Source of the DNA: Chara braunii | Lineage: Eukaryota > Plantae > Charophyceae | Assembly: GCA_003427395.1 (NCBI GenBank) | Contig: BFEA01000026.1 | Coordinates: forward strand, 2,246,223 to 2,310,222 | DNA: 64,000 bases | Direction of reading: 5' to 3' | Shown: one piece after another, positions 1-10,775 of the stretch | Position numbering within the stretch: the stretch's first letter is position 1 | How the letters are laid out: every line of letters starts with the position of its first letter | Notes under the pieces: generated by a model | Databases searched by the model: none | Told to the model about the DNA's origin: nothing | Seen by the model: the letters and a program-made list of their open reading frames with translations, nothing else | Made by a program: the position numbers and the translations under genes

Positions 1-48
1 AATCAATCAATCAATCAAACGCGCGGGGGGAGACCCCTCCCCCACCAG

Positions 49-95
<47 letters not shown>

Positions 96-96
96 G

Positions 97-128
<32 letters not shown>

Positions 129-340
129 CGAAAAAAAAAACTATCGACGAAACTAATCAATCAATTAATTAATCAATCAATCAATCAATCAACGGAAAAA
201 AAAAAAATCGACGAAACTTATCAATCAATCAATCAATCAATCAATCATTCAATCAATCAAAGGCGGGGCGGGGCGACCTTGCCACCACCAATCAATCAAT
301 CAATCAATCAGTCAATCAATCAATCAATCAATCAATCAAC
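1..340. repeat. (AATC)n microsatellite, interrupted by short A-rich/GC-rich inserts
   Basis: Directly visible AATC tandem units; source of the spurious INQS ORF. Confidence 0.95.
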
Positions 341-1351
341 GGAAAAGAAAGAAAACAAAAAAAAACGCGTTTTTTTTTTTCAATTTCGTTCGATTTCGCC
401 CATACCCCCCCATCCAAAAGTTGATTTTTTTCGGTTTTTTTTCTGTGGTGGGGTGGGGCCGGGGATGCGACGCCACGCGGCGTTTCTAGATTTCTGAAAG
501 TGTCTCCCTCGCGGCCGCCACGTGGCTCCAAAGCCGCGCGTCCGCGGGGTCCGCGGACTGGCCGCGTCTGCGGATTCGGCCGCGGATGGCCGCCGCCGAG
601 GGGGATCCATAGCTCACTATCACCTACAGAGCTCACAATTTTATCGCAAAAACATCATGACATGATAGCAAACAAGATCTCAAAACTATAATGTTAAATA
701 TATAACTCAAATATACATGTCTTATGGATAAAGAATACACATCCAAAATTACATTAATAAGACAAACATGGAACATCCCGGTGTCGGTGCGAATACCCTT
801 ACAAGGGTACCCGCTCTGGTTTTTGCAAGTAACGAAAAATAGGTTTGGAGTAGAGAGTGTATGGGCGCGCAGGCTTGAGGCGAGCATGATTTTTTATTGT
901 TGATAATTGAAGAACCGGCGTGATCGCCGGTCGGATTTTATTTTTGATTAAATCAGGATTAAAAAGACTAGGTCTCATTGATCGATGCGCTTGCCTGTGA
1001 CTTGTGCATACGAGCCGAGGACGACATCGACAACAATATGGCTCTGAAAATGTTTCGGTAGGTCTGCGTGTCGCGCAGTATCCATTTGTTTAGGCGTCCG
1101 GTAATACTAGACCCAGCCTTGGGCCTAGTACTATTGGTCGCGGTATCGCACTGGTATTTGGGGGACTTAAGGATCGAGACTGAGTGGCGGCGAAGTGGGA
1201 GCACTAGCGCGGCGCAAAGTAACCGAGGGGTTGAGTGCCAGGCGAGGCTATCCTCCATGGTTTCAGCCATAGCAGCGTAAGTGTTGACAGGTTTTATCTT
1301 TCCGGAATTATTATTTTATTTTATTTTATTATTATTGTTGCTCCTATTTGA

Positions 1352-1640
1352 GCCAGGTATGACACTGGGACTAAAGGTGGTTAGCCCACGAGCCAGAAGA
1401 AACGTGAGTGGCGCGAACTCTGTGTAGGTGTGCCGCATACCAGTCACAACCTTGCTATGAAGAGGGTTGAGCGTAAGCGCAGTTGGAACCCGGAGAATGG
1501 TGGGCCATGCTCAAGGCATGGCACGGTGAGGCAGCCGAGGGCAAGGCGGGGAGGCCGCAGGAGGTTGCTGCAAACTGTAGACGCATGAAACCTGCTCCCA
1601 AAGCTTCGCTTCGAATTCTACTGCTGCCATCAAGGGTTGC
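1352..1640 (+). pseudogene. Highly decayed LSU (25S/28S) rRNA-derived cassette inside LTR A
   Basis: Colinear with the clearer cassettes in B, C and E (e.g. gttggaacccggagaatggtgggccatgc ~ GTCGGGACCCGAAAGATGGTGAACTATGC). Confidence 0.55.
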
Positions 1641-4562
1641 CCGGTACCACGTGGCCCATGGGTAGACCCCTTTTGCAAAATCACGCCCACGGCTCGGTAA
1701 CTAGCAGGTTGCCCCATCCAACGTACCCCCTTAGATAGCAGGGGCTGTCGACTGAAATTGTTGGATATCCGTTGAAAATCGGGAGTGATAGAGAGAGGAT
1801 TAGCATGGCTCATGAGCGATGATACCTCGTATAACTAGGACCGGGAATCGCACGCTCTTTTACTATCCTCGATTTTTGTGAGCAAGTGAGATCGTCCAAT
1901 GCAAAGTCTGTCGTTGTCGGGCGGAGCGCTAAAAGACAGCCGGGGAGCAGAGCGACGGGAGGAAGAGAGAGAGAAGGATGAACTTGGACAAGAAGTTGTG
2001 TTGGGTGCACGCGCTGCAAGAAGGGAGTCGGTGATGGCAGAGAGACGAATGAGGTCAGCGAAGAAGTGAATAACTCATGTTATTCCCCGTAGAGTCAAGA
2101 GAGGAAAGGGTCATCCCTGAGGCTTTGGCCCTAGTAGGAGTTAGTAGTGAAAGTAGGGTACGCGAAAGTGTCGAAATGGATATGGCGAGGAGCGGGAGTT
2201 AGCATATCCCATCCGTTTCGCAATTGTTATAGCCGATCTAGGTTGCGATCTTGGGATTCTTGAGTGGGGCGAGTCGATTTGAGGGCTCAGATCAGCAATC
2301 CATGGAGTGGTCTAGCCGCTATGACTTGTAGAGGCTGCGCGGAAGTGGAAGCGCAACGAACGGGTAAAGCGGCGTGAGGGAGTCCACTGGGCGATGCACT
2401 TTCCCAGCACCTAGCGATAGATTCATTCCGATTTTCGCTTATCCTATGGGTGGAGAGCTCCATCTTTGACGCACACATACACACACACACAGGCGTGGTG
2501 CTACGGGATGTGTGCGCGACGCTCGGGTTGTTGGGGCTACGTGGTGCCCACAACTACGAGCAATAGTCGGTGTGTCGGTGTACCTAAGTGTTGTAGTGTG
2601 CAACAGGCGTGAGCGACTATTACAGGCAGCGAGCACAGTGGCGAGGGGGGTATGCATGTACGCTAGAGTGGTACAGTCGAGACGAAGGTAGCAAGGAGCG
2701 AGACCGAGAAAGAGAGGGAGAGGCTGCCTTCCTACTTCAAAAGCTGGTAGGCCGATAGCCAGGTTGAGGTGCACGTGGTCGAGTTTGGATCCATTCGATT
2801 TTGCTCATGCCGTCCACAGAAGTAGCGGGAAGACAGCACGAGGTTAGAGACTTACCAGCCTACGGGTGCGCCACGCATCTTTTCGAGCGAAGTAGCCACC
2901 CACCATCTTTCGGCGTGCATGGCATGTTCTGGTGGAAGATTCATTTGGGTTTCTCATGCCGTCAACGATAGTAGCGTGAAGTTAGCTGCAGAGTCGGAGG
3001 TTTACCTGGTGCACAAAGTGCATTACACCTGGCCGATTCTTAGAAGGAGGTATCGGCGAGTCATGAAAAAGTTCAGTGAAGAGGTGGTTGTGGCTAGCAT
3101 TGTTGAGTGGCCTTGCCTTAAGATTGCCGTGACGACTACTCACCCAAAGTACTGTGATTCCGTTAGGCGAGGCTGAGCTATCGGTGCCAGCTCAATCCGA
3201 TCCTACGAACTAAGGAGTTGCTGATACTACTGAACACTGGCCATCGGATTGCTGTGTCGGGAAGTGCTGTAAGGCGGTCAAGGGGATATTGCTAACTACG
3301 CTCAGCCGCAGCAGAGTCCTACCACTGACTATACTACTGACTACAGGTGCGATCCGCTGTTTGCTTTGGCCGAGTTTCTGCTACATAAGTTGTTGTGCTT
3401 GCTGCATTTCCACTGCGCTCCGCTGCACAGTTCGCAGTGCACTTCTGTATCTTGAAAATAGAGCTTATGAGGCATGCGCTGTTTAAGTACGACTGATCAG
3501 AGCTGTGTGGCTGCAGTTTCGTTTGGGGAAACGACGGTGTGACGTAAGGGGAGTGATCAGAGGCTTGAAGGAGGGTTGGTGACGCGAACTGGAGGGTCGT
3601 CAGAGGGGTAACTTCGGCACTTGACTTCAGAAGTTGACCAAGTTGTTGTTGTTTGGCCAGGCCACTGTTTACTGAGTTGCTATATATCGAGTTGCTGCTA
3701 AAGCGATCGTGCAGACATGCAGGTTGCCGCCTACTGCACTCTATTGGGGGTGAATGTGCGTGCTGAACGTTAGCTGCACATGGGTGCTGCTCCCTCTAAC
3801 GGGGGCTCGATTTGAATTAAAACCTTTGTGATTGAGAGGGTCAGTGACAACTGACTGAGGGGAGGGGCAGTAGTCCATGACAGTAGTCTGTAGTTGTAAT
3901 ATGTAGACGGTAGTCTGTAGTCTGGAGGAGAGGTCGAGCATTGTTGGAAGGTCACTGCCACGATTGTGGGGGAGACGGGAGGCGCGACTGAACTTACCTA
4001 CAAACTATGAGCCATTTACCCTATTTGAGCTATGGGAACAACAGACCAACCAAGGAGGCCACTGAATTTCCACTTGGCCGATGCGATGCTCATCATTCCG
4101 GGCAGAGTAGCGTGAGTCCAGCTGCAGTATGGATAGTTGTCGGGGCTTGGCAAAGGCACTGGCCAGCATCCGTGTGAGCCTCGCCTGCTACTTGACCAGC
4201 AGGATTACGTTGTGCCTTACTAACGAGAGGAACTGTGTTTTCTTTGAGCCCGCAGTCTGCAGTCTGAGGTCGGGACTAATGCAGTTTGGGCTATGAAGCT
4301 CTGCAGAAAGGCTGAGATCCTTGAAACGTGAGTGTCTACTACCGTGGTGGGAGAGTCACCTAGAAGTCTACAGTTGATGGTTGACTGAAGCTTTGACTGG
4401 GTTGATGTTGCGTTCAGGCTGCCATTTCGGGGCCCTCAAGCGAATCAAGATACCAAGGTCCTCTCGCGCGAGTCTGAGTGCACCATTCTGGTATCTGAGC
4501 GACTCCAATTTTTTTCTTATGCCCTTCTCACTCTAAGTCTAGTCTGTTAGTTCTAAGAGGAA

Positions 4563-4665
4563 GGCGGCAGTCGGGATTGCAACCCGTAGGACCGCAACAA
4601 AACTTTGTGGGGAGTCAACCCACCCATTGCGGGAGCTCTGCCGGAACTCAGGAGCAGTTCTGGGG
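4563..4665 (+). ncRNA. Conserved multi-hairpin structured element in giant LTRs (also ~21575-21677 + and ~28190-28290 -)
   Basis: Stems CGGG/CCCG, CCGCAA/TTGCGG, GTGGG/CCCAC, CCGGAACT/AGTTCTGG; the last becomes CCGGGGTTC/GGACCCTGG in copy C (compensatory). Confidence 0.5.
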
Positions 4666-4935
4666 CAAGGAATTGAAAGGTAACCATTGCTTTCCCTCTA
4701 TAAACCCGGTTATCACCCTTACGTGTATTTCTTACTATGATTGACTGAGTATATTGCTTGCATCCCTACTTTAACGTTCAGTTTGACTTTCAGGACACAA
4801 AGCAGACTAAGTAAAGGAATGTATGAGCAATATCAGTTTCGGTTTCATTGTTTGACTGAAAGCAGATTATGGGATTGCATATGGGGGAAGGATGGAGGCA
4901 GACAGTACTATTTGTTTGATTGGGTCAATCAAAGG

Positions 4936-5660
4936 CTGGGCAAGTCTCCATAAGTTTGGGGAGACCCAGTGCTATGTTTATTTTCGATTGCATGGAGAAC
5001 CAGACAGGTTCCATAAGTTTGGGTGGTCTGGTTGCTTTGACTTGTAAGGGCCGACTGTGATTGACTTTCAGGGACCAAGCATGTTCCATAAGTTTGGGTG
5101 GCTTGGTCACCTTGTTTACTTTGGGTTTCTTTCAGTTTCTTTTGGTTCTGAACGAGGAGGTTTGAGCATGTTCCATAAGTTTGGATGGCTCAACCTCTTC
5201 CTGCTTTGGCCTTAGGAAAAAGAATCAGGCTGAGGACCAGACATGTTCCATAAGTTTTGGTGGTCTTGGTCCAATGCCATGCACATGCTGGAACCAAAAG
5301 GTTATAACTTGGCTATATTTTATTACTGCATTACTTGTGAACAGGCTAGTCAGACAGGGTTCCCTAAGTTTGGGTGGTCTGACTATAGGCTATCACAAAC
5401 TGAAGAGAGTATTAATTAAGAGTAAATTTATGGTACGAAGGGGCAGGCTGAATCTTGAGCTAAAGATGATCGTTTCAGCTATATGCTACCTCAAAAGACT
5501 AAGTGCAGATAATTATATAAGACTGGGATACTTAAACAGTCCAGGGCGACTAAAGTGGTCTGGTCATATGCCCAAAGAAGAAGAAAAATTGTTGTGTCAT
5601 GTGTTTATGTATACTCAATGGTTGAGCTGGACATGTTCCATAAGTTTGGGTGGTCTAGCT
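4936..5660 (+). repeat. Array of 7 dispersed hairpins with constant core CCATAAGTTTGG and variable self-complementary flanks (LTR A)
   Basis: Hairpins at ~4936, 4999, 5073, 5159, 5235, 5348, 5624, separated by unique spacers. Confidence 0.85.
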
Positions 5661-5949
5661 TTATGCCCTATGTAAGCTGGGTATAAAGGGGTAAATCATT
5701 GAGAGATTATGAACTATTGTTTGACAAGATGACCTTGGGATGGTGAGAGTACTTACATTTGTGGTTTGACCTGCATGTGGCTGAGTGAGATTACTACTTA
5801 GGTTGAGATTCAGTTTGATAGGTAGTTGTTTTAGTTGCTCGCCACGTGCTAGAGCTATAGGAGTTAGTTTCAATTCCTGCATTTTTTCAGCTAAGGTTTT
5901 TTACTTAGGTCAATTTTTGCATTTTCTGGGATTTTTTTTATACTTGGTC

Positions 5950-6520
5950 TTGTATAAATTTTGGTAAGCCAGTTTCTCTCTGGGAAGCGCTGCCGAAATT
6001 TCTGCAAAACAAAGGAGTTAGTCAAATTTTGGTTTTCAAAAGCTCGGTTTGTCTGAATTATATACACGACTTAGTAAACATCTGGGAAGTCTGTTTTTCT
6101 AAAAGGAGTTGTTGCCCAAAGTTTTGCTAATTTAAGGAGTTAGACAAAATTGGACTTTGGGAAGTCAAAGTTATTTTCTCGACTTTTAACTTAGCTTTGT
6201 ATAAATCTTGGAATAACACTTTCTCTACGGGAAGCGCTGCCGAAATTTCTACAAATATAAGGGGTTAATTGGATTTTGTCTTGAAGTCAAACTCAAGTCT
6301 GACTTCTGAGTTCCTATCTGACTTAGTATAAATATAAGAAGTCTACCTTTCTAAAGGGGATGCTGGCCAAATTTTTACTAATTCAGAAAGTTAGACAAAA
6401 TTTGATTTTCCAGAATGATAGTTAATTTTTGTTTTCATATTTGAGTTAATATAAATTATGAGGAGGCAGTTTCATACAGCAAGTACTGCCGAAATTTTTT
6501 TAGTTTAGAGGAGTTAGATT
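5950..6520 (+). repeat. Degenerate ~125-bp tandem repeats (A-B-A-B-A) in giant LTR; also ~22970-23530 (+) and ~26400-26730 (-)
   Basis: Recurring gtataaa...gggaagcgctgccgaaattt...ggagttag blocks. Confidence 0.75.
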
Positions 6521-8489
6521 ATATTTTGACATGTGGTGATTCTGGTAATCCACCCTGAATAGGGGAGATACTGTCATAGGTCTACATTGCGTTGGGCACT
6601 GACTTAGAGGTAGGCCTAGGGTTAGCTTGTAGAAGGGTCTTGGGTGAGAATGTGTTATGGAGCTGTATTCTCCATACACTTATGAATTTAGCTTGGGGGT
6701 TGACTTGTCTTGTGTTAAAGGTCTTCTTAATCGATTGATTCAGGATTTGGGCTATATTCGGCTTGATCCTACAAGGGTCATTTTATGTTATCACTGATAA
6801 CTAGTTGGTTGCCGATTTGTCAGTCTACGACTCAACTCCAATTCATCCTCAATACTCAACCTGAAAGGTTTTAGCCCTTATGGTTTTTATTGGTTTATTA
6901 AGGTTTTCACCCGGATTTTTATTCAATGGTCATTTAATAAAGGTATTGAGTAATTAATTATGGAAGGTTGGACAAAGATTGAGGCTTGCATGGCTAAAGT
7001 GAGGGGTATGAGTATAGAGATTTGGTTGAAGTTGACTCCGTGTAGTGTATGGACTTTTTGTTGACTCTTTGATGTGATTGCATGTATATTTTGTGGTTCG
7101 AATTTTGGATTTGACTGCCTGCGATCAAACAATTATATATGGCTGTGAGGAGTCCCACTGTGATTGTGAGAAGTAATCGTCACATACTTATATCTCCTTT
7201 ACATATGTATATGTATGCACTTATATTAGGTGTTTGTGTGACCTGAGGGGTCCACGCTTAAGGGTTTAATTGGGGTTGAGATTGAAAAAGAAAAGAAAAC
7301 CCCGTTTTTATTGTTGAATGCTTCTTAAATATTTCTTAGTCGGACGTTGGTCCTGGGCCTGGATTCGAGGTCCTTGTCCATGACATCCCGGAGCCTATTT
7401 GCCTTGCCTACTGGGACACTCAGCCTAAAGGCCGGAGGTGTCGCGGAGGTCGCACGACTATTCCTTCAGCCGTGCAACATCGTGAAGAAGTAGACCCTCA
7501 CGATATTTCGAGTTTGACACTTGAGTGTCATAAGCGGTACTCGGATCCACGAGGGACCACTTGATTATGGGCATTACACAATACGCCATTTTAATTGTGA
7601 CTGCTTGCGTATTCATGCATTGCTAGTCGATGTGGAAAGGTCCCACGCCTGCGCGGTTTTATACTAAGTCTCGCGCGCGACGCCTGTCTGATTTCCGCAT
7701 CAGAGAGTTATTGGATGGCTACTAAGGGACTAGGATTGTTTTCGCGTTCTTTGTTTTGTGTCGTTCTGTATATATCTATATATATGTGTGTGTGTTTTTA
7801 TTTTTCATGCTCTTTAGAGTGGTATGCGCGTGGTGCGTGGGATGCGTCCTAGTCGACTGGCGACGAGTCTCACTTTGGACCTCGGCCCCCCAAGATGTGG
7901 GTTCGTGTGCAGGTCCGATAGAGGCGTAAAACCACGCGTACCCTATGCTATAGCGTACGAGAAACGCCCTCGGCTGGTCCACCTCTGTGATTGCAGCTGA
8001 TTAGCTTTCGTATTGTGGACTGGTAGCTCGGCGGGGATACACCCACCGAAGGGAGGTGACAACTCCCGTAAGGTTGAGGTAGGTTGTGCCTCGCGTAGGC
8101 CCTATCCCGTCGAAGGGGCTCGCGAGAGGTATGGCTGGCGCACTCGGCCGGAGCGGCTTGCAGAAGCTCCATTATGTATTCGCGATGAGGAATTAATCAA
8201 CTCATGCGTAACGCGGCCGAGAGGGTCCCGCCCCGCCTTGTGCGGTGGCGGACCGATGCGCTCGATACCGGCCAAGAGTCAGGTTGATCTAAAGGAGAGA
8301 TCCTATATTCCTGCACTTGTCCATTATGACAAATACAACAACAAATAATACCGAACATAGTGAATTTCCACGAACTTAGATAAAAATATTTATGAAATGG
8401 TCTCTCCCAAAATGTGTTTATAAGAGGTTGGAAAAAAATAATGATCCCACACAAAATTACAAAGTTTGGTAAAAGAATCGAATAAGAAA

Positions 8490-9460
8490 TTAAACGACTT
8501 GATTTTCGTCGACTTTCGACCCCTTACACCTACTGGGAGTATGTCCGACTCTACCACAACTTTTACACACAATGTTCTTCCAGTACTTTATCCCTCTCTC
8601 CGCTCGTCGCTTTTCTCGTCCTTGAGTTAGTAACAGGCAAGAATCCTCATTCTGAGCAACTCGCGTAGAGAGGTTATTCGTACAAACTTTCTTACTTTTG
8701 CTACTAATGGGAAGCGAATCAATTATGGACTGCTTCTCTAAATCCTTAATCCTCCTGAGCAACTCACGTAGAGAGGTTATTCACACAAACTTTCTTACTC
8801 TTTCTAGTAATGGGAAGCGAATCAATTATTGGCTTCTTTTTTAAATCCTTTTTTATCTCACTCATTATTCCCCTTACTTCTAAGAGCATTGAACTGATGG
8901 TTGAATCCTCTTTTCTTTTACCAGTTTGACATTGCCTTTCAGATGCATCAAGCGGAGTTGCAAACGAAGTGTCTGATTGAAATTTCCTTCATTGAAATTC
9001 AATCGAATCCTGGCCCAATCTGATTCGCAAGTTACCCCATAGATAAGTTTCTGCTGCTCTGCCTCAGAGAGATTTGCGAGAAAAACAATACATTTTTGTT
9101 TATCCGTTAAACGTTGTATCCGACGAGCGACCCTTTCATAGTCAAGAAGAAATTTCTCTTCTACTACGTATGCGTCCCGCTTGATATTCTTCAAATCCTC
9201 TAATATTGTCAATTTATCCCCTAGCCAAAACTTCTCTAACATGACATTTTAAAAATCCGACCATGTTGATGCTGCGGCTATTTTCTAGACTACATCCATA
9301 AGATCCTTTTCAACATATCTCAAAATCAATCGCAACATTTTATGATCATCCTAGTTATTGATGGATGCAAGTTGCTTAAATTTATCCAGAAAAGTGAAAA
9401 CAAAGTTGCGATCGAAAAGAGGGATTTCTACTTTTGACAGACTTTCCTTCTCTGCATCCC
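8490..9460 (-). pseudogene. gag: Ty3/gypsy gag-like module 2 (capsid-like region + CCHC knuckle), with stops
   Basis: KVEIPLFDRNFVFTFLDKFKQL...WSDF*NVMLEKFW...; zinc knuckle CKSCGRVGHTPSRC. Confidence 0.7.
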
Positions 9461-9599
9461 TCTCTTATAGGAGATGAACTATCCTTTGAAGATTCGATAT
9501 ATCCCTATCATGATGACCAACTTCGCTTCCACTCGTTGCGTCAATTTTTTATGATCATAACAGAAAACCAGGTGTTCCATTAGGCTAACTCTAAACAGT

Positions 9600-10390
9600 T
9601 TAATTCAATTCTTTAATCCTACTCCACATTTGGTCAACTATTACATCTCTAATACTTCTCTTATCCCCTTCACCCAGGATGATTGGAGAGTTCGTCCAGT
9701 CAAGCCAGATCCCCTCCTCGTTTCTATTAACAATATATTTTTCTACATCCAATATGAAACGTCTGCAAAATTCTATACTATGACCACTTAGAGCACAATA
9801 GATACATTTCACAGACTTATAGTAGGCTAAAGTTGCCTCCTGCTTCCCTTCTTACTTAGTCGTTCACCATGCATATAAGTTGGCGACTTAACATCCGGAG
9901 TAGTTGGAATACCTCCCAAAGATTCACACGGTCTGGCGCTTCCAACTCCCCTGTCCCGACGACTAGTTCCTTGACCCCCTTGAACCAAGTTACGTGCAAC
10001 TCTTTCAACTTTACTGAGCTTGTAATAATGTTTGAATTATTTGTTCTCACAACCTTCATCACTGCTGAAATCTTCTTACTTTCTCTTCCTTTTTCTATCT
10101 CTGCCTTCAAGTGACTTAGAAAACTTAGCAATCATTAATCTCTCAAAATTCTTCCAACTTTTCGCTTCAGAGAGCAACTTTGCTACATCATTACGCAAGT
10201 CTATATGTGTCCATAACATCCCCCTTTTCAACATTGTCTACTCACTCCAATCATGAGCGGCAACCAATTGCTTAAATGTTAAAATAAATTTCAAGACATT
10301 ATTTCCATAAAAAATCGGAACATCGATCTTTGGAGTTGTAGCCGCTTTTTCGATCTTTTCTCCAAGGGTTTCAATTAACTTCTTCATCAT
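9600..10390 (-). pseudogene. gag: Ty3/gypsy gag-like module 1 (capsid-like region + CCHC knuckle), with stops/frameshifts
   Basis: ATG at 10390 downstream of PBS; KIDVPIFYGNNVLKFILTFKQL...WKNFERLMIAKF; knuckle CIYCALSGHSIEFC. Confidence 0.75.
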
Positions 10391-10755
10391 GTCCCAAGGA
10401 CCGTCATTCAGTCTGCCACCTTCCGCCGTCTAGTTACGAAAAGATCAACCTGCAAGCGATAAAGCGTAAAGGTACGAAGTCGGAATGACTTGCAAGGTCT
10501 ATCAAGTATCAACCTACAAAACCGTCGTCAACCTTCCTACTGTCCCATCGAGGTGAGCGGAAGATAATCAATTTATATCTTGTCCTCTAAGGAAGAAGCA
10601 TTAATAAATGAAAATAGATTTAATTATCTTTTAAAAGTAGGTTTGATAAAGAATCGTCGTCATGCATATCTTTAAAAGATGTCAGTTTGAAATCAAAATA
10701 ATTTACTAAAATACCCGAGTGTCGTTCCGCTAGGGACAACGCTAGTTTGCTGTTA

Positions 10756-10773
10756 TCCCCGGCAACGGCGCCA
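10756..10773 (-). promoter_or_regulatory. Primer binding site complementary to tRNA-Asp 3' end (Athila-type)
   Basis: Minus strand reads TGGCGCCGTTGCCGGGGA, 2 nt after the LTR end ...CTCGACA. Confidence 0.9.
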
Positions 10774-10775
10774 CC

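Larger units (their letters stand above)
782..8267 (+). mobile_element. Giant solo-LTR-like unit A (7486 bp), Ty3/gypsy family
   Basis: Starts TGTCGG, ends TGCGCTCGATA (family end TGCGCTCGACA); CCGG on both sides (778-781, 8268-8271) = 4-bp TSD; termini match the PBS-flanked LTR at 10776-12087; colinear with units B and C; no long ORF. Confidence 0.85.

Noticed and set aside
4936-5660. CRISPR array (repeat-spacer appearance)
   Set aside because: Eukaryotic LTR context, irregular spacing, repeat flanks differ, no cas genes
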